Of a stretch of DNA of 64,000 nt, positions 1 through 7,926 are shown piece by piece. The stretch comes from a virus (Duplodnaviria > Caudoviricetes). Position 1 is the stretch's first letter. The number at the start of each line of letters is the position of its first letter. Under the pieces are notes generated by a model, which worked only from the letters and a program-made list of their open reading frames with translations, was not told the DNA's origin and did no database searches. Where the stretch lies: IMG/VR virus record IMGVR_UViG_3300011616_000006, positions 1 to 64,000 of that record. One strand, 5' to 3'. Both the position numbers and the translations under genes were made by a program.

Positions 1-41
1 GATTTAAATAACAATGTATGTGAATTGCAAATGGTCAAGGT

Positions 42-74
42 ACTTCGGTTGTATTAATACAGCCGAAGTTTTTG
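42..74. terminator. Intrinsic terminator-like hairpin downstream of the amidase
   Basis: ACTTCGGTTGTA-TTAA-TACAGCCGAAGT inverted repeat followed by a T run on +. Confidence 0.6.
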
Positions 75-104
75 TCTACCCACCCAATATTTAAGCGCTT
101 ACGC

Positions 105-665
105 TTATTTTAACCCCATCCCTACAGCTGCTCTAAAAGAATCCATGTCTTCACCATGTTTCGGAAACCAATGCATAACATCAGCATGATTTGATGCAAT
201 ACCCAATTCATATCCCTCGTAATGACATATTATATCCTTTTCAGTCAGGTTATATCGCTTGCATAGTAATACACACAATTGGACGGTGTTGTTCCATACC
301 TCATTAAAGTAAAATTCGTTTTTGTTCCTGTCATATCCAACCATATTAAAATTGCCAACATACTTAGCTCCCGGTGGTTCACATAGTTCAATACCTATAT
401 GTGTATTGTTCCCGTCACCACCACAGTGCCATCCCCGATGTGTCCATGGCAAATATTGATAAATGCTTTGATTATCCAAAAAAGCATGTACACATACTTG
501 GCGATTTATTTCACCTTTTTGAAATGACTTATTCCATAAATCAAACCACTCAAAAGCCATTATTCCGGGCTCAGCTGTCGAATGTATCATTATTCCTATT
601 GGGTTGATTTGTCGTTTTTCTTTATAACAATCATTTTCAGTCATAAACCGAGTAATTAGATTCAA
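105..665 (-). CDS. N-acetylmuramoyl-L-alanine amidase (Amidase_2/PGRP-like), catalytic domain only
   Basis: IMIHSTA, VHAF, WHCGG..N...IGIELCE and HYEG..ASNHAD zinc-amidase motifs; GAGGAGG RBS. Confidence 0.85.
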   Translation of the reverse strand: MNLITRFMTENDCYKEKRQINPIGIMIHSTAEPGIMAFEWFDLWNKSFQKGEINRQVCVHAFLDNQSIYQYLPWTHRGWHCGGDGNNTHIGIELCEPPGAKYVGNFNMVGYDRNKNEFYFNEVWNNTVQLCVLLCKRYNLTEKDIICHYEGYELGIASNHADVMHWFPKHGEDMDSFRAAVGMGLK

Positions 666-871
666 TGCAACCTCCTCTTATAGATAAGTTATTTGAATTA
701 ATTTATCTATATATCATAAATTATTGTACTTCACCATTCTTAATTTTTAGACAATCGATCTACACTATAGCTTTATCAACAATAGTTTTAGCTAAAATGT
801 TCGTTTTCCATACATACCACAATAACCAAAAATGTTTTTTATTCATCTCTACCGTAAAAGTGAACACATAT

Positions 872-2554
872 CTACTTCCCCCATTCATCTATATAGGCTC
901 TGGCTAAATCCTTAACATTGTTGAAAATGGCTGGCTCATTAAAATTTATATATTTTGCGATTTCTTTTCTTCTCGAAAAAATAAATAGTATTTCAAATTC
1001 TGGATCTAAACAATCTAAATCAACCTCAAAATCATATCCTGCAAAAGAAAATTTCAAATGCTTCTGGACAAATTTCACTTTTGAATAAATCCCATCTAAC
1101 TCTATACATCCCTCATAAATATCACTCACTTTGCCAGACTCTGCTATACATTCATATAAAGCTGGCAAACTTACAATGGGCAAATCTTGCACAATATCCA
1201 AATCAAAGCCCGTAAATCTATGTGAAACAATTATACCATTAATAGATTCTAAGTCCGAGTTTATCCCATGTACAGACTTGATATTATCCCAATTCTCTTT
1301 AATTGCATAAAGTTGATCCGGAAGTTTTTTTAGTGCCTTTTTCAGTTCCGCATCTACATTACGAAGTTCACAAAATGATTGTGGATAATAGAAATGCTTA
1401 ACCTCCAAATATAATGCATATCCATTTTCATCTATGATAAGCAAATCACATTCTCGAGTATGCTTTTTCTTGCCCGGAATACTTACATCAAAATTGGTAA
1501 TAACATTTGTGTAGGGAAACTTATACTTTATCATTTCTGTAATTAATGGAATAGCTCTTTCTTTTATCTTATCCTTAATCTTGAGATATCTTGGATTATC
1601 ATATTTACGGAGATATGTTAAGAATCGAGTTTCACAAGAGTCATTAAAGAGCTGTACCAAAGGGTTTACAAACATAAATCCATCTTTAGTAACATTTATT
1701 GGTGCATCAGCAACACTAGATTTAGGATACATATTATTCCCTAATGGTTTATATATATGATCTGCTATTATCTTCTCATACATCTCCTCATTTTCAGTAA
1801 TAACATATTCACGTAACCCCTTAACACCTCGTGGCGATAATAAAATCATCATTTTTTGTGAATCAACGCTAACAATATCAAAATCCGCTTTGTATAATTT
1901 AATAAACCTTCTCATAGATGCTAGAATAAAAAATATATTAACGCCCCCCCATTCTAATCTATTATATGGTTCAAAATCTGAAAACATCATATTCTCATTC
2001 CAAAAATTAAAATAAAGTTTCATTAACTTCATTGCGATATCTTCATCACATTCTTCTTGAAGTTTTCCAGTCGCGATTTGTAATATGTAACTCAATGTTT
2101 TTTTTGTTGAGTAATCCTCAATATATTTGAAATGTTTGCGAGGAATATTTTTGCTTTCAAAAGATATACTTTTATCTTCATTGACCTTAATATTTGCTTT
2201 TCCAGCATGAAGTAATGGAAACACATTACACAAAAGTGAATATTGAAATCCTAAAAAAATCATATTGAAAGCAATTCTGTACATTCTCTGATCAAACGCA
2301 TAATCAAATTTCTTTTCTTCCTTTAATTTTCGATGTGCCAAGAAGGTATTATAATCCAGCGAAAAAAGATAATCTTTTTCGTAATATGTGAATAGCATTT
2401 TTGAATCAATGACAATATCAATATAAGCTAAATTACAGTGGTAAATATATTTATTTCTTGGCAAGGTATCATCCAAAATATCATACATATATTTATCTAT
2501 TTTCCCTTCAATCTCATCTATAAGCATTCCGATCCTCTCTTGTGCTCCAGGCAT
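872..2554 (-). CDS. AT-rich protein with C-terminal PD-(D/E)XK / NERD-like nuclease motif
   Basis: 560 aa ORF; ECDLLII...LYLEVKH motif near residue 370; markedly AT-rich. Confidence 0.55.
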   Translation of the reverse strand: MPGAQERIGMLIDEIEGKIDKYMYDILDDTLPRNKYIYHCNLAYIDIVIDSKMLFTYYEKDYLFSLDYNTFLAHRKLKEEKKFDYAFDQRMYRIAFNMIFLGFQYSLLCNVFPLLHAGKANIKVNEDKSISFESKNIPRKHFKYIEDYSTKKTLSYILQIATGKLQEECDEDIAMKLMKLYFNFWNENMMFSDFEPYNRLEWGGVNIFFILASMRRFIKLYKADFDIVSVDSQKMMILLSPRGVKGLREYVITENEEMYEKIIADHIYKPLGNNMYPKSSVADAPINVTKDGFMFVNPLVQLFNDSCETRFLTYLRKYDNPRYLKIKDKIKERAIPLITEMIKYKFPYTNVITNFDVSIPGKKKHTRECDLLIIDENGYALYLEVKHFYYPQSFCELRNVDAELKKALKKLPDQLYAIKENWDNIKSVHGINSDLESINGIIVSHRFTGFDLDIVQDLPIVSLPALYECIAESGKVSDIYEGCIELDGIYSKVKFVQKHLKFSFAGYDFEVDLDCLDPEFEILFIFSRRKEIAKYINFNEPAIFNNVKDLARAYIDEWGK

Positions 2555-2668
2555 TTGTCAAAACGTTCATTTTCCCTACTCCACCATGGTAATCGGAAAC
2601 ATATTTCACCTCAACCACCCCCAAAAGCACACATACATATCCGCCTCAAATCCCCGAATCCCTTTGAT

Positions 2669-2710
2669 TTACTGCCCTTTCCTCTCCAGCAACACAACGG
2701 TTTCAACATG
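2669..2710 (-). pseudogene. Displaced original 3' end of rlmD (HVETVVLLERKGQ*)
   Basis: Reverse strand reads CAT GTT GAA ACC GTT GTG TTG CTG GAG AGG AAA GGG CAG TAA, homologous to HVESVVLMTRKNG* at the end of the intact rlmD. Confidence 0.85.
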
Positions 2711-2711
2711 C
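2703..2711. repeat. Prophage attachment core (distal end), TCAACATGC
   Basis: Identical 9-mer at 56637-56645 inside rlmD, in the same codon context (His-Val-Glu). Confidence 0.85.
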
Positions 2712-2769
2712 GGTGAGTTGAAGAGATAGATTCAGCTTTTTGGGGTTGAGTTGATGGAAATATTACTAC

Positions 2770-2814
2770 AAAATCACACCTTATAGTCTAGTTGACGTAA
2801 AAGATGTGATTTTT
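2770..2814. terminator. Hairpin ending the defence operon
   Basis: AAAATCACA...TGTGATTTT inverted repeat 25 bp downstream of the last operon gene. Confidence 0.5.
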
Positions 2815-2839
2815 AATCATCCGGACGAAATTTCTTTCA

Positions 2840-3274
2840 TTATTCCTGTGAAGTTGACTTATGTATAGATCTCACTAGGATGTCAATAATCCTCGGTGCA
2901 TATAAATCATAAATAATAGACCATGTTCCAGAATCTGAAAATGGTAATGCTACACCATCAGCATCTTCAATGCAATATTGATAAGCATTTCGATGTGTCA
3001 TAATATTTCTTATTTCTCGTATCCCATTTTCCTTATTATTCAAAAACAAGAATTCATCCTCTGTTAATATTTTCTTGTTTTTCAACTCTTCCAAATCCTG
3101 ATTAATATTCTGATTAAAATTCCCTCTTAATGATTTAAAAACCAATTCCATCGCATTAAATAAGATCAATATAGCCGCATAGTCCTCTTCCTCTTCATGT
3201 AGTCTCATAACAGTCGCAATCATATCTCCATAATAATGAGAATACCCCCAAATTATATCAATATTATTAATCAT
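2840..3274 (-). CDS. HEPN-like domain protein (putative RNase)
   Basis: RNIMTH (Rx4H) motif and N-terminal LFNAMELVFK helix; start moved to ATG 3274 (GGAGAGG RBS), overlapping the MTase stop. Confidence 0.55.
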   Translation of the reverse strand: MINNIDIIWGYSHYYGDMIATVMRLHEEEEDYAAILILFNAMELVFKSLRGNFNQNINQDLEELKNKKILTEDEFLFLNNKENGIREIRNIMTHRNAYQYCIEDADGVALPFSDSGTWSIIYDLYAPRIIDILVRSIHKSTSQE

Positions 3275-4904
3275 GTTTTTCCTCTCCATCCAAATACCCA
3301 CACAAATGTTCTGCTATTGCTTTTGCTAAAATCGGTGGCACTGCATTACCCACTTGTTGATATTGTGAATCCTTGGTTCCACAGAACACAAAACTATCTG
3401 GAAAGGTCTGTAAGCGCGCCGCTTCTCGAATACTTAAGGCACGATCATTTACTGGGTGAATCCACATAGATTTTCTCACATTAACTACTGTACCTGATGG
3501 TTCATCGTAATCCAGGCGTAAATAAATTGTATTTTGCGTTCTTGTCGGATCTGAATAACTCGTCTTTAGTTGTGCATCAAGACTATGAAAATTATTACCT
3601 TGCTTAATGGCCTTGAACCTCTGTAAAGCATCGTCTGTCGTCGCCGTTGTAACGTGGTTGCATAAAACATTGCAATCTCTCAACTGACGTCCTAAGTCAC
3701 TAATATCTTTAGGCATTTCAGAAAGGGATACGCCTTCATCTCCTGATGCTACATCAACTGTTGTTGTGGCATCTTCCAAATCTTTGATAGCGTCTTTTAC
3801 CGTACGAAATTCGTTTTCTTTCAAAAATCCCTTCGGTAGAACAACTTTATTAGTTTTTTCCTTTTTCACTCCAATAACTACAAATCGCATACGTTTTTGG
3901 GGGGCACCAAAAGTAGCCGCCGACAAAACCCCTTTTTCAATATTATAACCAATACTTGATGACCCAAGAATGGATTCAATATAATCCACAACAGCCATCG
4001 AACTAACCTTTGCAACAAGTCCTCGTTCATGTGAATATTCGGCAACTATAATCTTATTATCATGAATTTCCTTTGCTTTTGAGAGCATCCGCTGAATCAT
4101 GATAGTCGCTTCAATTGCTTGGCATAAATTATCCGCCGCTATATCAGTATGTGACACTGCAAAATATTGCTGTATAGCTTCTCCCGCAATATTAGCTTGC
4201 TCTAAAATATAATCACCATTTCCGTCTCCCAGTAAAATGGTTTCTGCGAGAGTCCGCAATCTTCTTTCGTGTTTCTTTAAAGATTTTTTCAATTTTTCTT
4301 TATTATTGCGCATTTTGTAGACCACATTAAGAACAAGATAATCTTTCTCATCCCACAGGTAATTTCCTAATAAGCGAAGATCTGTCACAATATTTTCTAC
4401 CCCTTCAAACATAAATGTTTCATCGAGCAATGCTATTTCCGCTGGGGTGATTTTAATGTTATATTTTTTTATCACCTTGTCATCATTTTCGTCCACATAG
4501 AATCGGTGGACTTCCGATTTTAACATACTCACATTTTCCATTACAAAAGCGGTTGGATTTAAATGCACTACTGCCTGCACGAATTTCTTTACTAATGAAT
4601 TGTTTTGACTTATAGCATGGTTTTTTTGACGATTAGCATTTGAAAAACCTTGGCAGGGAGGACCTCCAATAACGACATCGACTTGCCCAAGTTTCTCTTT
4701 TATTTCGTCAGTAAGTGCATCTGTTACATCATTATAAACTGTGGTATTTTTATGGTTTCGTTTATATGTCTTTTGTGCATTACGATTGCTTTCAAAGGCA
4801 GCTTTAACTTCGAAACGACCTGTTTGAAGAAATCCATAACTAAGACCGCCTGCACCAGCGAATAAATCAACCATGCTATATTTAGGTTTTTGTGTAATAC
4901 TCAT
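3267..4904 (-). CDS. DNA (cytosine-5)-methyltransferase with large internal insertion
   Basis: DLFAGAGG, GGPPCQGFS, ENV, QKRMR, REAARLQTFPD and QQVGNAVPP motifs; ATG 4904 forms an ATGA overlap with the AIPR stop. Confidence 0.92.
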   Translation of the reverse strand: MSITQKPKYSMVDLFAGAGGLSYGFLQTGRFEVKAAFESNRNAQKTYKRNHKNTTVYNDVTDALTDEIKEKLGQVDVVIGGPPCQGFSNANRQKNHAISQNNSLVKKFVQAVVHLNPTAFVMENVSMLKSEVHRFYVDENDDKVIKKYNIKITPAEIALLDETFMFEGVENIVTDLRLLGNYLWDEKDYLVLNVVYKMRNNKEKLKKSLKKHERRLRTLAETILLGDGNGDYILEQANIAGEAIQQYFAVSHTDIAADNLCQAIEATIMIQRMLSKAKEIHDNKIIVAEYSHERGLVAKVSSMAVVDYIESILGSSSIGYNIEKGVLSAATFGAPQKRMRFVVIGVKKEKTNKVVLPKGFLKENEFRTVKDAIKDLEDATTTVDVASGDEGVSLSEMPKDISDLGRQLRDCNVLCNHVTTATTDDALQRFKAIKQGNNFHSLDAQLKTSYSDPTRTQNTIYLRLDYDEPSGTVVNVRKSMWIHPVNDRALSIREAARLQTFPDSFVFCGTKDSQYQQVGNAVPPILAKAIAEHLCGYLDGEEKHD

Positions 4905-6985
4905 AGTTTGAATCCCTCCTCGTATAATCTCTCTAGCACTACAATTAGTTTCTTGCACTGAATCGGAGTAGGTACTTTTAATGGAAGTTGACAAGCTATC
5001 TTCAATGCAGTCAATTCCTCCGGAGATACCATCCTCTTGTTAGTTGCAAAACTCATTACTCTCTGCCATTGCTCTGATGGTATTTCTACCACCTTTGTCA
5101 TAGCATCAGTGTCTTTTTCAATGCGTCTATCCGCCCTTGCTTCACGAATAGCAGTTCGCATCTCATGTTTCCCAACTAGACAATCTTCAATTTCATCTGA
5201 CAAAGTGTAATCTATATTTTGGACACTGTTCCAACAGCCTTCTCTCTTACACCATTGTGTAACATTCTCTATTTCTCGCATTGGATCCGTTAACTTGTTA
5301 TAAACAAGTTCAGATAATTCCTTAAGCACATTCTGCACTGTCTCTGGAACCATTTGCCGTGTCCAAATACCTAGCAAATCCAGTTCCCGTTTAGGGAACT
5401 TTATTTTTATCAGTTTATTCATGAGTGCAATAGTATACGTCACAATATTTGCCCGATACCCCTGTTGGTACCATGCTTGGTGCGGTATCATCGACTCAGT
5501 ATACCTAAAAATCAAGCACATAGCAACGGATTCTTGAAAGTATTTATCCCCAAAAAGCAAACCTTCATCCTTCTCCCAAGCATCATTAATTTTCTTTGCA
5601 AAATCATTAAAATTTGTCTGTGCTCCCTTACTAACGATGTGAGGAAATCCATCCCATGTATTTCTCACCTTTGCTAGATCAGTCTTTGTAATAAGCTGAT
5701 TCTTTGGATTTTGAAGCAAAAATTTCTTTTTTTGGCTTGGTGTCATGCGCATTTGCTTTTGAAGAAACTGCCCTCTTGCTCTCTCATAGAACCATTTTGT
5801 TTCAAATTGCAATCCCCCCGTACCTCTTGCTCCGAGTCTTTGAGAGCAACGTTCCATTTGTATATGAAATGGATGTGTGGAAAAAAAGTCTGCATCACTA
5901 ACCTTATTTTGACTATTAGATGAACGTGATATATTTTGCACAAGAGTTGTAGCGTCCTCATCTTCTAATGTTCCTTCAATAACTGTTAACTTCATTTGAA
6001 CAAATATTGAGCTAAGGTCTACCTTGTCCCTATAGCGAGCATTTGACAAAGAAGCTGTAGTTTGACCACCATTGATAATTTGAAAATCTCTTGCAGAAGT
6101 AAGAAACAGCCCCTGCGGGGTGGACTCAAACTTCACTCCCATTGTTGTTGCCGATATACCATTATTATAAGCAAAAAATCTTTCTGGTTGCTGTAAAATT
6201 GTAGTGCGAATTTTCTTATTTACCGCTACTTTAGTTGAAAGAAAAGAACGAACATTTCCCTCTAACAATGAACTACCATATTTATCATATAAATCAGCAA
6301 GTACCTTTCCTGAAATAATGCAAAGATAACTTTTAAAATCTTCTGTCACAGCACCACTTGCTTCCAAACAAGGAATGCCATTTTCTGTGTGGTCTTTAAA
6401 ATCAATCTCAATAACTTGTCGCCCAGCATCAGAACCGCATAGTTGAAAGAGACGTTCTATATCCCAGATTTGACACTCAGATGGAATACCACATATTTCA
6501 GGTGATTCAAGAATTTTAATCGATGTACTAATATTGGCTGTTGTAAAAATCAACAACTGATATTTGCGTATTATATTTTTCCTCTCTCTAATTAAATCCA
6601 CTAGATCAGAGCAAGTTCTACTCATTTCTACATTTTTATGTAACTGTGCGTTAAGAGAATTCTCAACAAAATAAATAAGTTTGTTCTGCAATTGCCTGGC
6701 TTGAGTTTTTGTAAGAACACGTTCATCATCAAAAACATCATAATCAGCTATAATCAAGCTCATAGTTTTATCAAACTCATCATAAACATATCCATCAACG
6801 CGAAGCTTTCGGTTTTGCTTCCCAACCCCCTCAAAATATGATGATGTGAAATCCAATAGATAATCAGCTTCTTGTAGGTAATGTGCAAATGCTGTTACAA
6901 AAGATGCACAGGAACCTTCGCCGGTTACAGCTGCATCAGCTTTAATATCTTCAAGAAAATCTTTTCGGAATTCCTGTGCGTCCAT
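4901..6985 (-). CDS. AIPR family protein (MzaE-like)
   Basis: LLEGNVRSFL, FFAYNNGI, QIINGGQTT and NSQNKV..ADF motifs. Confidence 0.9.
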   Translation of the reverse strand: MDAQEFRKDFLEDIKADAAVTGEGSCASFVTAFAHYLQEADYLLDFTSSYFEGVGKQNRKLRVDGYVYDEFDKTMSLIIADYDVFDDERVLTKTQARQLQNKLIYFVENSLNAQLHKNVEMSRTCSDLVDLIRERKNIIRKYQLLIFTTANISTSIKILESPEICGIPSECQIWDIERLFQLCGSDAGRQVIEIDFKDHTENGIPCLEASGAVTEDFKSYLCIISGKVLADLYDKYGSSLLEGNVRSFLSTKVAVNKKIRTTILQQPERFFAYNNGISATTMGVKFESTPQGLFLTSARDFQIINGGQTTASLSNARYRDKVDLSSIFVQMKLTVIEGTLEDEDATTLVQNISRSSNSQNKVSDADFFSTHPFHIQMERCSQRLGARGTGGLQFETKWFYERARGQFLQKQMRMTPSQKKKFLLQNPKNQLITKTDLAKVRNTWDGFPHIVSKGAQTNFNDFAKKINDAWEKDEGLLFGDKYFQESVAMCLIFRYTESMIPHQAWYQQGYRANIVTYTIALMNKLIKIKFPKRELDLLGIWTRQMVPETVQNVLKELSELVYNKLTDPMREIENVTQWCKREGCWNSVQNIDYTLSDEIEDCLVGKHEMRTAIREARADRRIEKDTDAMTKVVEIPSEQWQRVMSFATNKRMVSPEELTALKIACQLPLKVPTPIQCKKLIVVLERLYEEGFKL

Positions 6986-6990
6986 TTATT

Positions 6991-7926
6991 TCACTCCTTT
7001 AACCAATCTGCCAGTGATGGCAAACTTAATTCGTAATGTAATGATGCAATCTGTGATGCCACTGTTTTACGTGTAACCCGCGGAAAGGTATCATCCACAC
7101 AATACCGCTGTGTAGCCGAGCAATAATATTTTTGTTCAGAGTATTCCTGCAAATCTATGTATCCGTATGAGTACAATTTCGCACAAAACAAATCTAATGC
7201 TTCTCCATCAATTTTCTTACTGATGCGCTGAACTACTTCATTTAGCGAAATTGCACCTGCCTTTTCAGGCGCAACCTTGTCAATTCTCTTAATTACTAAT
7301 TCTCCCGCATCCAAACAATCAAGTTGTTCTAATGAGGAAATAGTTACATTTATAGCCGATGCACCAATACATTTAACTTCAAACCATCCATCAGAATACA
7401 TGAAATCTTGGTCTGCACCATCAGCTCCTACCCAGCCTTGTATAGCTGTCAATGTGAATTCATCAGAATCTATGCGTTCTTCTAAAAATAGTAATTCTCC
7501 GAGCAATCCTTTTTGAACACTCTCACTCATCACTCCACCACGTTGCGCTTCTAGTAGCTTGCTCCATTGCTTATATCTATTTATAGCTAATACTAACGCT
7601 TCTTTTTCATCTGTTGCCATTCTGGAGTATTCTATGACATCACAGCAGAGTATAGCAAACACATCTTGTTGTTCGTTTCGGAGTAACTCAAAAGATAGCG
7701 TCCAACGATCATCACTCTCTCGTCGTCGGCGACTTACTGCCATAGATTTCGACGATTCAATTGCATTTATTTCTGCATCACTAACGAGCAATAATGTTTT
7801 TTGACTAATAGATTGATAACCTATATACCATTCCAATGGATGCTTAGTATCAACTCGCAAAAAACCGCCGTCCTTGAATTTGATACCATCCCATTGCTTC
7901 TTAAGATTCTCTGGCGTTATCTTCAT
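6991..7926 (-). CDS. PD-(D/E)XK motif protein (DUF4420-like, MzaD-like)
   Basis: GLLGELLFL, W.G....QDF...FEVK and ISSLEQL motifs. Confidence 0.85.
   Translation of the reverse strand: MKITPENLKKQWDGIKFKDGGFLRVDTKHPLEWYIGYQSISQKTLLLVSDAEINAIESSKSMAVSRRRRESDDRWTLSFELLRNEQQDVFAILCCDVIEYSRMATDEKEALVLAINRYKQWSKLLEAQRGGVMSESVQKGLLGELLFLEERIDSDEFTLTAIQGWVGADGADQDFMYSDGWFEVKCIGASAINVTISSLEQLDCLDAGELVIKRIDKVAPEKAGAISLNEVVQRISKKIDGEALDLFCAKLYSYGYIDLQEYSEQKYYCSATQRYCVDDTFPRVTRKTVASQIASLHYELSLPSLADWLKE

Noticed and set aside
4905-4994. Extended N-terminus of the defence MTase given in the ORF track
   Set aside because: It overlaps AIPR; ATG 4904 has a strong RBS and ATGA coupling.
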